DNA of 64,000 nt from Mobula hypostoma (taxonomy: Eukaryota), in NCBI RefSeq assembly GCF_963921235.1, contig NC_086101.1:2544001-2608000 (forward strand), given 5' to 3'. Position numbers and translations under genes: made by a program. The notes under the pieces are model-generated. The model was given only the letters and a program-made list of their open reading frames with translations. It was not told where the DNA came from and made no database searches. How positions within the stretch are numbered: position 1 is the stretch's first letter; each line of letters starts with the position of its first letter. This document shows positions 49,704 through 62,756 of the stretch, piece after piece.

Positions 49704-50071
49704 GTGAGTGTCTTCTGTCCCCATTGCAGCTGGCGGCAAGGTGGGGAAAGGGTGGAATTGGAGGACGTGGAGCCAAAGGGGAGGGTAGGTGTTGGGGACA
49801 AAAAGTGGAGTGGGTGTTGGGGGGAGAGGGTGGGGGGGATTGAGGGACAGAATGGTGTGGAGTGGAGAAGGTTGGGATGGCATTAAGGGGGTGGGGAGAG
49901 GAAGGGGGAAGTGTGACGATCGGTGGGATGGGAGGGTTCGTGTTGGGTGGGGAAAGGTGGGCGGGGGTGATAGGGTGGGGAGAGGGAGGGGGAGGTGGGG
50001 TGGTGATGGCCGGTGTGGTGGGACCGTGGTCTGGGCCCCTCTCTGATAGACATCTTCCCCCTGCTGTCTAG

Positions 50072-50145
50072 ACGGGAGCGTCTGCTAACTCGGCCCAGAG
50101 CGGATGGAGACGGTGGCTCGGTGCTGCCCCCTGCTGAGCCGACAG
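50072..50145 (+). CDS. CAMSAP: CAMSAP-family gene, internal exon (phase 2 to 1)
   Basis: TGTCTAG| acceptor and CAG|GTAAG donor; ends ..AEPTG, like the EYTG that precedes CKK. Confidence 0.75.
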
Positions 50146-51200
50146 GTAAGGGGCCCCTCCCACGGGGTAGGACGAAGCGATTCCTGCACTGAAGTGTGCC
50201 CCCTTCCTCACCCACCCCACTGCCCTGGGCATAGTGGAGGTGAGTGTGGGCACCCCACCCACGGGTGCGGAGGGCCTGATGTTGGGGGCTGGGATGGAAT
50301 GCCCTCTTCCCTCCCCCATGACGCCAGAGTCCGGATGACTGGCGTGGGGCTGGCGGTGTTCTGCTGTTCGGATAATCCTGGTTATTGGAGAGAGTTTACA
50401 GATGATGAGGAATTCCTTTAGCCAGAGGGTGGTGAATTCTTTGCCACAGATGGCTGTGGAGGCCAAGTTGTTTAAGATAGATAGATGCTTATTGATCCCA
50501 AAGGAAGTTACAGGGTCACAGCAGCATTACAAGTGCACAGATATTAATATTGGACTGGAAGTAGAAAGAATAAAGAATGTTACCACAGTCTCACAGGAGG
50601 GGGGGGTCATCACTTCCCCGACTATAGGTCGACTCATCATAGAGCCTGATGGCCCAGGGTAAGAGTGACCTCGTGTAGCCGTCTTTGGAGCAGCACAGTT
50701 GTCTTGGAGAGTGTTTAAGAGACTCCTGGCATGTGCATGATAGAGAAATGGAGGAAGAAAGGGTTAGATGGTTAAAATATCGCGTGCTGAAGAGCAGTTC
50801 CACACTCAATCAGAATCACTGGTGTGCAGGATGCTGTGAAATCGGTGATTGTGCAGCAATACAGTGCAAAACAGAATAATTAAAATCTATGTTATAATAA
50901 GTATATATAAAAAGATTACTAAGGTAAAAAGAGAGGAAAAGCAGTGTTCACTGTCCATTCAGGAATCTGACGGTGGAGGGGAGGAATTGTTGAGTGTGCC
51001 TTCAGGCTCCTGTACCCTCTCCGTGTTGGTAGCAGTGAGAAGAGGGTATATTCAGGTTGAAGGGGGTCCGAATGGAGAGGGTGGTCTCTGTTTCGGGGTG
51101 AGCCATGTCGGGACACTGTGTTCTGGGGGGGGGGGCGCCCTGGGTGGGGGTCTGTGCGTGCCGGTGAATGGTGAATTGGACCCCTGTTTCCACCCCCCAG

Positions 51201-51319
51201 GTCTGAGGCTGTACAAGGAGCCAAGCTCCAAGTCGAACCGGCTGATCCTACACAATGCATTGACCCACTGTTGCCTGGCTGGAAGAGTCAACGAGGTGCA
51301 GCGGACCCAAGTAATCCAG
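51201..51319 (+). CDS. CAMSAP: CAMSAP-family gene, CKK domain exon 1
   Basis: GLRLYKEPSSKSNRLILHNALTHCCLAGRVNEVQRTQVIQ matches the CKK N-terminus; canonical AG/GT. Confidence 0.93.
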
Positions 51320-51662
51320 GTGAGGGGATAGCCCACCTCCCCTTGCTCCAACCCAGCACCCACTCCCTCAAACCAATCCCAAACCCCTCTCTCCACAGCT
51401 CCCTCCTCGGACCCACACCATCCAGTTGAGGGGCTTCCACAGATACCCCCTCGCTTTGCTCCAACCCAGCACTCATTCCCTCAAACCAATCCCAAACCCC
51501 TCTCTCCACAGCTCCCTCCTCGGACCCGGGTAATCCAGGTGAGGGGCTTCCACAGATACCCCACCTCCCCTTGCTCCAACCCAGCACCCACTCCCTCAAA
51601 CCAATCCCAAACCCCTCTCTCCACAGCTCCCTCCTCGGACCTGGGTAATCCAGGTGAGGGGC
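51311..51662. repeat. Tandem repeat of about 110-115 bp that begins at the exon end/splice donor
   Basis: GTAATCCAGGTGAGGGG at 51311, 51530 and 51645, with a variant near 51421. Confidence 0.85.
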
Positions 51663-51834
51663 CTCTGCGGTGAACCCTTTCCTGACGCACTCCACTGCCA
51701 GCACATCTCTTTGGTAGATATGGGTCTCTCTGAAATCCGGGGTCCTGCAGAGAGTTGGGGGTCCAGGGTGGGTTTTGGTGGAGGGGTTGGGTAGGTCACA
51801 GGCCTCTGATTGTAGACCCCCCACCCCCCGCAGT

Positions 51835-53723
51835 GTTGGGGGTCCGGGGTGGGCACTGGGGAGTTGTCACTGTCTAACAGAAGCCTCTCCCTGTGTTGAC
51901 TCTGAGGTGTGTGTGTGTGTATGTTGGGTGTGAGAGATGTTGGGTGTTGGGGTCTGAGATGGGTACTGGGGAATTGTCACTGTCTAACAGAAGCCTCTCC
52001 CTGTGTTGACTCTGAGGTGTGTGTGTGCATGTTGGGTGTGAGAGATGTTGGGGGTCTGGGGTGGGTACTGGGGAGTTGTCACTGTCTGACAGAAGCCTCT
52101 CCCTGTGTTGACTCTGAGGTGTGTGTGTGTGTATGTTGGGTGTGAGAGATGTTGGGTGTTGGGGGTCTGGGGTGGGTACTGGGGAGTTGTCACTGTCTAA
52201 CAGAAGCCTCTCCCTGTGTTGACTCTGAGGTGTGTGTGTGTGCAGTGTTGGGTGTGAGAGATGTTGGGTGTTGGGGGTCTGGGGTGGGTACTGGGGAGTT
52301 GTCACTGTCTAACAGAAGCCTCTCCCTGTGTTGACTCTGAGGTGTGTGTGTGTGTATGTTGGGTGTGAGAGATGTTGGGTGTTGGGGGTCTGGGGTGGGT
52401 ACTGGGGAGTTGTCACTGTCTAACAGAAGCCTCTCCCTGTGTTGACTCTGAGGTGTGTGTGTGCATGTTGGGTGTGAGAGATGTTGGGGGTCTGGGGTGG
52501 GTACTGGGGAGTTGTCACTGTCTAACAGAAGCCTCTCCCTGTGTTGACTCTGAGGTGTGTGTGTGTGTATGTTGGGTGTGAGAGATGTTGGGTGTTGGGG
52601 GTCTGGGGTGGGTACTGGGGAGTTGTCACTGTCTGACAGAAGCCTCTCCCCGTGTTGACTCTGAGGTGTGTGTGTGTGTATGTTGGGTGTGAGAGATGTT
52701 GGGGGTCTGGGGTGGTCACTGGGGAGTTGTCACTGTCTAACAGAAGCCTCTCCCTGTGTTGACTCTGAGGTGTGTGTGTGTGTATGTTGGGTGTGAGAGA
52801 TGTTGGGTGTTGGGGGTCTGGGGTGGGTACTGGGGAGTTGTCACTGTCTGACAGAAGCCTCTCCCCGTGTTGACTCTGAGGTGTGTGTGTGTGCATGTTG
52901 GGTGTGAGAGATGTTGGGGGTCTGGGGTGGTCACTGGGGAGTTGTCACTGTCTAACAGAAGCCTCTCCCTGTGTTGACTCTGAGGTGTGTGTGTGTGTAT
53001 GTTGGGTGTGAGAGATGTTGGGTGTTGGGGGTCTGGGGTGGGTACTGGGGAGTTGTCACTGTCTGACAGAAGCCTCTCCCCGTGTTGACTCTGAGGTGTG
53101 TGTGTGCATGTTGGGTGTTGGGGGTCTGGGGTGGTCACTGGGGAGTTGTCACTGTCTGACAGAAGCGTCTCCCCCTGTTGACTCTGAGGTGTGTGTGTGT
53201 GTATGTTGGGTGTGAGAGATGTTGGGTGTTGGGGGTCTGGGGTGGGTACTGGGGAGTTGTCACTGTCTGACAGAAGCCTCTCCCCGTGTTGACTCTGAGG
53301 TGTGTGTGTGCATGTTGGGTGTTGGGGGTCTGGGGTGGGTACTGGGGAGTTGTCACTGTCTGACAGAAGCCTCTCCCCGTGTTGACTCTGAGGTGTGTGT
53401 GTGCATGTTGGGTGTTGGGGGTCTGGGGTGGTCACTGGGGAGTTGTCACTGTCTGACAGAAGCGTCTCCCCCTGTTGACTCTGAGGTGTGTGTGTGTGTA
53501 TGTTGGGTGTGAGAGATGTTGGGTGTTGGGGGTCTGGGGTGGGTACTGGGGAGTTGTCACTGTCTGACAGAAGCCTCTCCCCGTGTTGACTCTGAGGTGT
53601 GTGTGTGCATGTTGGGTGTTGGGGGTCTGGGGTGGTCACTGGGGAGTTGTCACTGTCTGACAGAAGCGTCTCCCCCTGTTGACTCTGAGGTGTGTGTGTG
53701 TGTGCATGTTGGGTGTGAGAGAT
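51835..53723. repeat. Intronic minisatellite, about 18 units of 93-112 bp with an embedded (GT)n
   Basis: ACTGGGGAGTTGTCACTGTCTRACAGAAGC recurs throughout. Confidence 0.95.
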
Positions 53724-53781
53724 GGATTTAGGGTGGTGGGTGTTGCCATCTCTGACCACCGCCTCCCCTCCCCTCCCGCAG

Positions 53782-54078
53782 GAGCTGGCGAGCTGCGAAC
53801 ACGCCCAGTGCTTGATTCTGTTCCGGGACCAGCACTGCCAGTTCCGTGCCCTCTACTCGCTGAGCGGCGATTCCCTGCACATCCAGCGGCTGTGGGGCAT
53901 CGGCCCCAGGCACATCCACACCGACATGATCGACCGGCTCTACAAGTACAACTCTGATCGGAAGCAGTTCCACCCCATCCCCTCCAGGATCATCTCGCCC
54001 AACGTCGACGCACTCACCATTCACGGCCACCTGTGGTCGGCCAGGAAGAAATCTGCCCTGGGCAGCGAGCGCAGGTGA
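53782..54078 (+). CDS. CAMSAP: CAMSAP-family gene, terminal CKK exon
   Basis: LILFRDQHCQFRALY...GIGP...LYKYNSDRKQF..IP....NVDALTIHGHLW; TGA at 54076-54078; candidate AATAAA at 54758. Confidence 0.94.
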   Translation, partial: ELASCEHAQCLILFRDQHCQFRALYSLSGDSLHIQRLWGIGPRHIHTDMIDRLYKYNSDRKQFHPIPSRIISPNVDALTIHGHLWSARKKSALGSERR

Positions 54079-54199
54079 GCTGTGGGGAGGCCCCCGTTAC
54101 GACGGCCACATCCGCTGCCGGCTCTGCCTCGACTGGCGGCTTCGTCTGGGACATCTCCAGCCAATGTGCCTTTAACTTGCGGGTGTCAGAGACTCACCT

Positions 54200-54460
54200 T
54201 ATTTATTTTAACATCAAAGTCAGCCTGAAGAAATGCAGCATGACATCTAAAAACTGGGAAGACGTTGCACTCGATGGATTGGCCTTGGAGAGGGAGCTGC
54301 CCTACGTGGGACTAACCTCCGCTGTGCTGCGGAGGACACAGCAGGGGTGAAAGGAGAGGCTAAACAACTGAAAGACCCAATCACTAACCACAGGCTCCAC
54401 TTTTATCCTCAGTGCACCAGAGTATGTGGCTCCTGGACTGACGTCCTGAGCCATCGAACT
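54200..54460 (+). mobile_element. Probable RTE-type LINE 3' fragment in the 3'UTR
   Basis: SLKKCSM...NWEDVALD followed by a PQCTRVCGS...LSH finger-like peptide. Confidence 0.5.
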
Positions 54461-54959
54461 CCATCAGCTCCTGTTGATTTGCAGCTCGTCTTGTTCCTCT
54501 GCTCTGTGACACTGCCCCCCACCCCCCATGAGTGCCTTCTCTAGCCAGGTAACACAACACTCCCCATGTTTACTGGCTCTCCCACTTGGTCGGGTACCTG
54601 CCGCCCTGCTACTCCTGCCGTGGGGGTTGTGCACTCCGTTCCTGCCCGTGCCGCCTGTGAGGAGACTCCAGTGCAAACTCTGCTCCGTGCAGTCCCGGTA
54701 CTGTCTGACAATTGTCTTGTTCCAATCGTGCCAGGGTTGTTTTAAAGCTAAACATTTAATAAATTCCCGAATGTTGAGACTTGGCCAGGTTTTGTCCCTT
54801 CTCATGGTGCGGAGACGCACAGAGTCGCTGCCAGTTGCAAGGATGTGGTGTGTGTCACGTTACAGAGTGTTTCTCAGGGCACCAGCACTGATGCCATCTG
54901 CAATGTTGTTTCCTCTACACTGGAGTAACTAGGTGTACACAGGATGGTGTTCAGTGAAC

Positions 54960-55410
54960 CCCTAGCTGTCTGTCGTTTCCATGCAAAGGGTTCCGGCCCG
55001 AAACGTCGACTGATCTTTTCCACAGATGCTGCCCGACCTTCTGAGTTCCTCCAGCGTGTTGTGACTGTTGCTTTGACCCCAGCATCTGCAGAGTATTTTG
55101 TGTTCATATTCTGTCTGGGTAGCCTCCAACCAGGCAGCAAAACATCCATTTGTCTAACCTCCATTAATTTGTCATCCATTTCCTTGCCTTTTCTATTCCC
55201 TATTCTGGATCTCCTCTCACCCTTCCTTTTCCCTCACCTGCCCATCGCTTCCCTCTGCAGGCCGTCCTCCTTCCCTTTCTCCCATGGTCCAGTCACATTC
55301 GTCCTCATGCCCTTTACCTCGTGTTTCCACTTGTCTCTTCCCAGCTTCTACCTCCAGCCCCACCCTCGCCAGGTCTCAGCTATCAGCTGCCAGCTTTACT
55401 CCTCCCCCTC
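54960..55410 (+). mobile_element. Penelope-like pLTR fragment
   Basis: CCCGAAACGTCGACTG, FIFCLGSLQP and a pyrimidine-rich tract. Confidence 0.7.
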
Positions 55411-55909
55411 CTGCCCAATAGGTGGTGAATGGTGTGTTGTCATTTGTTAGTTGAGGGATTGAGATCAAGAGCCACAAGGTAATTTTGCAGCTCTATAAAA
55501 GTCTGGTGTTCAGTTCTGGTCCCCGTTATAGGAAGGATGTGGAAGCTTTCGAGAGGGTGTAGAGAAACGTCCCAGGACGCTGCCGGATTAGAGAGCATGT
55601 CTTATGAGGAGAGTCTGAGTGAGCGAGGGCTTTCCTCTTTGGAGTGAAGGAGGGCGAGTGGAGACTTGTAAGGCATAGATCAGGAGGACAGCCAGAGACT
55701 TTTCCCAGGGGTGGGTGGGGGCAACAATGAGATCAACGGCTGGGAAGGTGTAGAGCAAAGGCAGGACAAGGCATAGTCACCCACCGTAACCAAAGCAAAC
55801 CCCGGTTGTGATGATTACTCGTACCACTGGACCAGGACTTTCAAGGTGAGTGAGAGGACCTGCCCCAGTGCAGCGGTATGTCCACTTTGATAACTCTCCC
55901 GCACGACTC

Positions 55910-58900
55910 CATAAGACACAAGTGCAGAAATGGGCCACTTGGCTTGTTGAGTACGCTCTGCCTTTCCATCATGACTGATTTATTATCCCTCTCAACCCTG
56001 TTCTCCTGTCTTCTCACCGTAACCTTTGATGCCCTGACTAATCAAGAACTTGTCAACCTCCACTTTGAATATACTTGGCATCCACGGATGCCTGTGGCAA
56101 TGAATTCCACAGATTCTCCATCCCCTGGCTAAAGAAATTCCTCCTAATCTCTGTTCAAAATGATGTCCATCTATTCAAAGCCTGGTCTCTGGTCCAAGAC
56201 TCCCCCACTATAGGAAACATCCTCTCCACATCCACTCTACTGGGGCCTTTCAATAGTCATTAGGTTTCAATGAGATTGTTCTAAACTCCAGCAAGTACAG
56301 GTCCACAACCATTAACTGCTCCTCGTACATTAACCCTTTCAACCCCATGAATTTCCTCTGGACCTTCTCCAATACCAACATATCTTTTAGATAAGGGGCT
56401 CAAAACCCCTCTCAATCTCCAAGTGTGGTCTGACCAATCCTTATAAAGCCTCAGCATTACATCCTTGCTCTTATATTCTCGTCCTCGTGAAATGAATGCT
56501 AACATTGCATTTGCCTTCCTTACCACAGACTCAACCTGAAAGTTAACCTTCAGGGAATCCTGCGTGAGGACTCACAAATCTTGTACCTCTGACCGTTGAA
56601 TTTTCTCCCCATTTAGAAAATAGTCTGTGCCTTTAATTCTTCTACCCAAGTCCATGACCATGCACTTCCCTACATTATATTCCACCTGCCACTTCTTTGC
56701 CCATTCCCAATCCTTCTGCAAACTTAGCCACAAAGCCACACATTCCTTCAACCAAATCTTTGACATATAATGTGAAAAGATGTCACCCTGCTCATGCAGC
56801 TCCTCTAGTCACGGGCAACCAACCAGAATAGGCCCCCTTTATACACCCTGTTTGCCTGCGGCCACTGCCAGTCTATCCATGCTGGTATCTTTCCTATTAG
56901 ACTTTTGGCTCCTTAAGGTTGTCATAATCAGGGAAGGGAGTGGGGATAAGCTGCCACTACCTATTAAATGCTCCCAATGGTGAGCAGCTCGGCTAGCCTC
57001 CAACAACCAAGTCCAGTTTCTGGTGTTTACTTGTAGCTTAGCTAAGCCGTGCAGAACCATTTCTACTGACCGGAGAAGGGGCAAAGGTGGGGTACTGGCG
57101 CCTTAAATCCAGCTGCTCTGGGGGCTGATCAGCTGTGATTGGCAGCTCATCGAGGAGAAGACTCTGGTCTCAAACCTCCGCTGCCTCATGGGGAAGCCTT
57201 TGGGAGAAAACCCCAAAGAAAAACCCAGAGCTGGAGTCTACGTTGAGTTCAACGTCTACTGGCAACTTCTGTGATGTTACTGGTGCCAAACTGTGTTGGT
57301 TTCTACCATACCTTTGGACTCATCAGCTGTGTGTAGAGGGGGAGCCTGCCACATGTGCAACAGATTGCCGTCCACACCGTGCTCCGCTGGCTTGTGTACA
57401 TGTAGACAGCTGCAGTGCAATAGTCACGGTCACCTCTGACCAGAGAACCTCATGGGCTCTTACCTTGTTAAGGAGCCTCATGTCAAAGGCCTTCTAAAAA
57501 TCCAAATAAGTAACATCAACTGATTCTCCTTTCTCTAGTCTGCCTGTTACTTCCTCAAACATGTCCAACATATTTGGCAGGCAAGATTTCCCCTTAAGGA
57601 AACCAGGCTGACTTTGGACTACACCTCTTTCCACCATTCACTTGTAAAGATGCTAACCCCTTCTCTCACAAAAGAGACTGTCTGCAGATACTGGAGGAAC
57701 TCAGCAGGCCGGAGTGTCTATGGAAAAGAGTAAAGGGTTGACATTTCGGGCCGAGATGCTTCATCAGGATTCGATGATGTTTGCCGGAAACATCGACTGT
57801 TTACTCCTTTCCATGATGCTGCCCAGCCTGCTGAGTTCCTCCAGCGCTTTGTGTGTAGTCCTCTTCTCTCAGTTCCTCTGTTTCCATGGCATCTGCTCTC
57901 AGGATGAGGCTTTTCACTCCAGAACTACTGAGGTGTCTTTTCAAAACAAGGACCTTCTGTTCCTCCACCATCAACACCGCCCTTATCTGCAACTCTTCCA
58001 TTTTGCATACATCTGCCTTCACCCTATCCTCCAGGGTTTCTCTAGTCCTCACCTGCGACCCCACTAGCCTTGGTGTCCAGTAGGTAATTCTCCATAACTT
58101 CTGCCATCTCCAGCGGGATTCCACTACCAACCACTTCCTCCCCCCCCCACCCCCCACTTTCCACAGGAATCTCTCTCTCTGTGACTCCCTTGTCCAATCG
58201 TCACCCTCCTGGCATTTACCCTTACAAGTGGAACAAGTGTTGCACCTGCCCTACACCTACAACCTCACTACCGTACATGCCCTAAACAGTACTTCCAGGT
58301 GAGGCAACGCTTTACCTGCAAGTCTGTTGGGGTCATCTACCACATCTAGTGCTCCAGGAGTCGCCTCCTGTATATCAGTAAGACCCGACTTAGTCGAGCT
58401 TCATTGAGCACCTTTGCTCCGTCCGCCAGAAAAAGCAGCATCTCCCAGTGGCCACACATGAACATTGATCTCTTGAACTTCCGGTAATTACACCCTCCTA
58501 CTTATCTCCTGACCTGTCCACCACCTCCTGCTGGAGCTCCTTTCTTCCATAGTCTTCGACCCTCTCCTATCAGATTCCCCCTTCTCCAGCCCTTTATCTC
58601 TTTCACCAATCAACTTCTCCACGCTTACTTCATTCCTCTCCATTTCGCAGTTTTACCTCTCACCTACCAGCTTGTACCACTTCCTCTCCTCCCCCACCTT
58701 CGCAGTCAGACTCCTCCCCTTCCTTTCCAGTCCTGTCTGAAACGTTGACTGTACTCTTTTCTGTAGATGCTCTGGACCTGCTGAGTTCCTCCAGCATTTT
58801 GTGTGTTGCTTCGGATTTCCAGCACCTGCACTTTCTCATGTTAACTTTGGCTTGCTTTATCATGTGCCTACGAGTAGCCCGAAACTTCATCTTTAATAAT

Positions 58901-60455
58901 GGACTCCAACATCTTCCGAACTACTGAAGTCAAGCTAACTGGCTTATAATTTCCTTTCTGCTGCCTCTCTTCCCTTTTTGAAGAGTGGACTGATATTTGC
59001 AATTTTCCTGTCCTCCAGAACCATGCCAGAATCTAGTGATTCTTGAAAGATAGTTAGTAATGACTCCACGATCTTTTCCGCCACCTCTTTCAGAATTATG
59101 GTGTGTAGTCCATCTGGTCCAGGAGACTTATCTACCTTCAGACCTTTCAGTTTCCAAAGTACCATCTCCTTAATAATAGCAACAATCACATTTACTCTGT
59201 AACTCTCGAATTTCTGGCATGCTGCTAGTTTGTTTCAGTGAAGATGGACCGCCATTTCTTTGTTCTCCAGTACCTTCCCCCAATTACCTCTCCTGCTTCA
59301 TTTTCCAGCAGTCCGCTATCCACTTTCGCCTCGCTTTTACACTTCATACATCTGAGGAAGCTTTTGGTATCCTCTTTGATATGACTGGCAGGGCATCTTG
59401 GTCTTTTCTGTCCTTATAGCTATTTTAATTTCCTTGGCTTGTTTTTAAGAGCTTCCCAATCCTCTAACTACCCACTAAATTTTGCTCTACTGTATGCCAC
59501 AAGACCATAAGACAGGAGCAGAATTAGGCCATTTCATCAAGGCCAGATCCCACTCAACCCCATATCTCTGATTTCTTACTGTATCCTTTGCTGCCCCAAC
59601 TGATCAGGAATCTATCAATTTTCGCTTTAAATATATCCACAGATCCACTAGTCTCTGGCTAAGAAAACTCCTCCTTTCCTCTGTTCTAAAAAGTCGCCAT
59701 CAATTTTGAGGCTGTACCCTCCAGTTCTAGCCACAGGAAACATCCTCCCCATCTAGTCCTTTCAACATTTGGCAGAAATGAGATTCCCCCTCATTCTTCT
59801 AAATTCCATTCAGTACAGACCCAAAGCTGCCAAACGTTCCTCATATGTTAACCCCTTCATTCACAGAATCATCCTCATAAACTTCCTCTGGACTCTATCC
59901 AATGTCAACACATCCTTCCTGAGTTAAGGGGCCCAAAACTATTGACAAGTGCGGCCTGACCAGTGTCTTATAAAGCCTCGATATTATCTCCTTGCTTTAT
60001 ATTCTATTCCCCTTGAAATGAATGTCAACACTGCATTTGCTGCCTTTACCAGACTCAGCCTGTAAATTAACCCTCTGGGAGTCTTGCATGAGGACTCCCA
60101 AGTCCCTTTGCACCTCTGATGTTTGAATTTTCTCTCCATTTAGATAAGTCTACACTATCATTCCTTTTACCAAACTGCATTATCATACATTTCCCAACAC
60201 TATATTCCATCTGTCACTTCTTTTGCCAGCTCTTCCAATTTGTTTAGTAATCACATTGTTTTCTCAGCATTACCTACCCCTCCACCTATCTTTGTATCAT
60301 CTGTAAAATTTGCCGCTAAGCCATCAATTCCATTATCCAAATCACTGACAAATAATGTGAAAAGTAGCGGTCCCAATACTGACCCCTGAGGAACACCACT
60401 AGTCACTGGCAGCCAAGCAGAAAAGATCCCTTTTATTCCCACTCACTGCCTGCCA
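55910..60455 (-). mobile_element. Mosaic of decayed CR1 fragments with a Penelope remnant (about 57665-58840)
   Basis: CR1 RT peptides ([30 protein letters not shown]) on the minus strand; Penelope peptides ICSQDEAFHSRT. Confidence 0.8.
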
Positions 60456-60472
60456 TTCCTCTATCCATGCCA

Positions 60473-62756
60473 ACAACAGGAATTCTGCAGATGCTGGAAA
60501 TTCAAGCAACACACATCAAAGTTGCTGGTGAACGCAGCAGGCCAGGCAGCATCGCTAGGAAGAGGTACAGTCGACGTTTCAGGCCGAGACCCTTCGTCAG
60601 GACTGACTGAAGGAAGAGTTAGTAAGAGGTTTGAAAGTGGGAGGGGGAGGGGGAGATCCAAAATGATAGGAGAAGACAGGAGGGGGAGGGATGGAGCCAA
60701 GAGCTGGACAGGTGATTGGCAAAGGGGATATGAGAGGATCATGGGACAGGAGGTCCGGGAAGAAAGACAAGGGGGGGGGAACCCAGAGGATGGGCAAGGG
60801 GTATATTCAGAGGGACAGAGGGAGAAAAGGGAGAGTGAGAGAAAAAATGTGCGTATTTAAATAAATAACAGATGGCGTACGAGGGGGAGGTGGGGCATTA
60901 GCGGAAGTTAGAGGAGTCGATGTTTATGCCATCAGGTTGGAGGCTACCCAGATGGAATATAAGGTGTTGTTCCTCCAACCTGAGTGTGGCTTCATCTTTA
61001 CAGTAGAGGAGGCCGTGGATAGACATGTCAGAATGGGAATGGGATGTGGAATTAAAATGTGTGGTCACTGGGAGATCCTGCTTTCTCTGGCGGACAGAGG
61101 GTAGGTGTTCAGCAAAGCGGTCTCCCAGTCTGCGTCGGGTCTCGCCAATATATAGAAGGCCACATTGGGAGCACCGGACGCAGTACATCACCCCAGCCGA
61201 CTCTCAGGTGAAGTGTTGCCTCACCTGGAAGGACTGTTTGGGGCCCTGAATGGTGGTGAGGGAGGAAGTGTAAGGGCATGTGTAGCACTTGTTCCGCTTA
61301 CAAGGATAAGTGCCAGGAGGGAGATCAGTGGGGAGGTCTCCGGGCGTTGACTTTATTAACTTTGCCTCCAACTTTCACCCTGCCCTCAAGTTTACCTGGT
61401 CCATTTCTGACACCTCCCACCCCTTTCTAGATCTTTCTGTCTCTATCTCTGGAGACAGCTTATCCACTGATGTCTACTATAAGCCTACTGACTCTCACAG
61501 CTATCTGGACTATTCCTCTTCTCACCCTGTCTCTTGCAAAAATGCCATCCCCTTCTCGCAATTCCTCCATCTCCGCCGCATCTGCTCTCAGGATGAGGCT
61601 TTTCATTCCAGGACGAGGGAGATGTCCTCCTTTTTTAAAGAAAGGGGCTTCCCTTCCTCCACTATCAACTCTGCTCTCAAACGCATCTCCCCCATTTCAC
61701 GTACATCTGCTCTCACTCCATCCTCCCGCCACCCCACTAGGAATAGGGTTCCCCTTGTCCTCACCTACCACCCCCCCAGCCTCCAGGTCCAACATATTAT
61801 TCTCCGTAACTTCTGCCACCTCCAACGGGATCCCACCACTAAGCACATCTTTCCCTCCCCCCCCCCCCCACTTTCCGCAGGGATCGCTCCCTACGCAACT
61901 CCCTTGTCCATTCGTCCCCCCCATTCCTTCCCACCGATCTCTCTCCTGGCACTTATCCGTGTAAGCGGAACAAGTGCTACACATGCCCTTACACTTCCTC
62001 CCTTACCACCATTCAGGGCCCCAGACAGTCCTTCCAGGTGAGGTGACACTTCACCTGTGAGTTGGCTGGGGTGATATACTGCGTCCGGTGCTCCTGATGT
62101 GGCCTTCTATATATCGGTGAGACCCAACGCAGATTGGGAGATCGTTTTGCTGAACACCTATGCTCTGTCCGCGAGAGAAAGCAGGATCTCCCAGTGGCCA
62201 CACATTTTAATTCCACATCCCATTCCCATTCTGACATGTCTATCCACGGCCTCCTCTGCTGTAAAGATGAAGCCACACTCAGGTTGGGGGAACAACACCT
62301 TATATTCCGTCTGGGTAGCCTCCAACCTGATGGCATGAACATTGACTTCTCTAACTTGCGCTAATGCCCCACCTCCCCCTCGTACCCCATCTGTTACTTA
62401 TTTTTATACACATTTTTTCTCTCGCTCTCCTTTTTCTCCCTCTGTCCCTCTCACTATACCCCTTGCCCATCCTCTGGGTTCCCCCCCTCCCCTTGTCTTT
62501 CTTCCCGGACCTCCTGTCCCATGATCCTCTCATATCCCTTTTGCCAATCACCTGTCCAGCTCTTGGCTCCATCCCTCCCCCTCCTGTCTTCTCCTATCAT
62601 TTTGGATCTCCCCCTCCCCCTCCAACTTTCAAATCTCTTACTAACGCTTCCTTCAGTTAGTCCTGACGAAGGGTCTCGGCCTGAAACGTCGACTGTACCT
62701 CTTCCTAGAGATGCTGCCTGGCCTGCTGTGTTCACCAGCAACTTTGATGTGTGTTG
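60473..62756 (+). mobile_element. Penelope-like element with a long inverted 5' segment and a 17-bp TSD
   Basis: 60473-61335 is antisense to about 61930-62756; RT C-terminus (FLDLSV, YKPTDSHSYLDYSSSHP) and GIY-YIG (CGLLYIGET); TSD TTCCTCTATCCATGCCA at 60456-60472 and 62757-62773; hammerheads at 60568-60605 (-) and 62659-62695 (+). Confidence 0.92.
62659..62695 (+). ncRNA. Hammerhead ribozyme motif (Penelope pLTR)
   Basis: AGTC-CTGACGA-AGGG TCTCGG CCT-GAAA-CGTC-GACTG. Confidence 0.75.

Noticed and set aside
52737..53759. 340-aa minus-strand ORF
   Set aside because: It is a translation of the intronic minisatellite.
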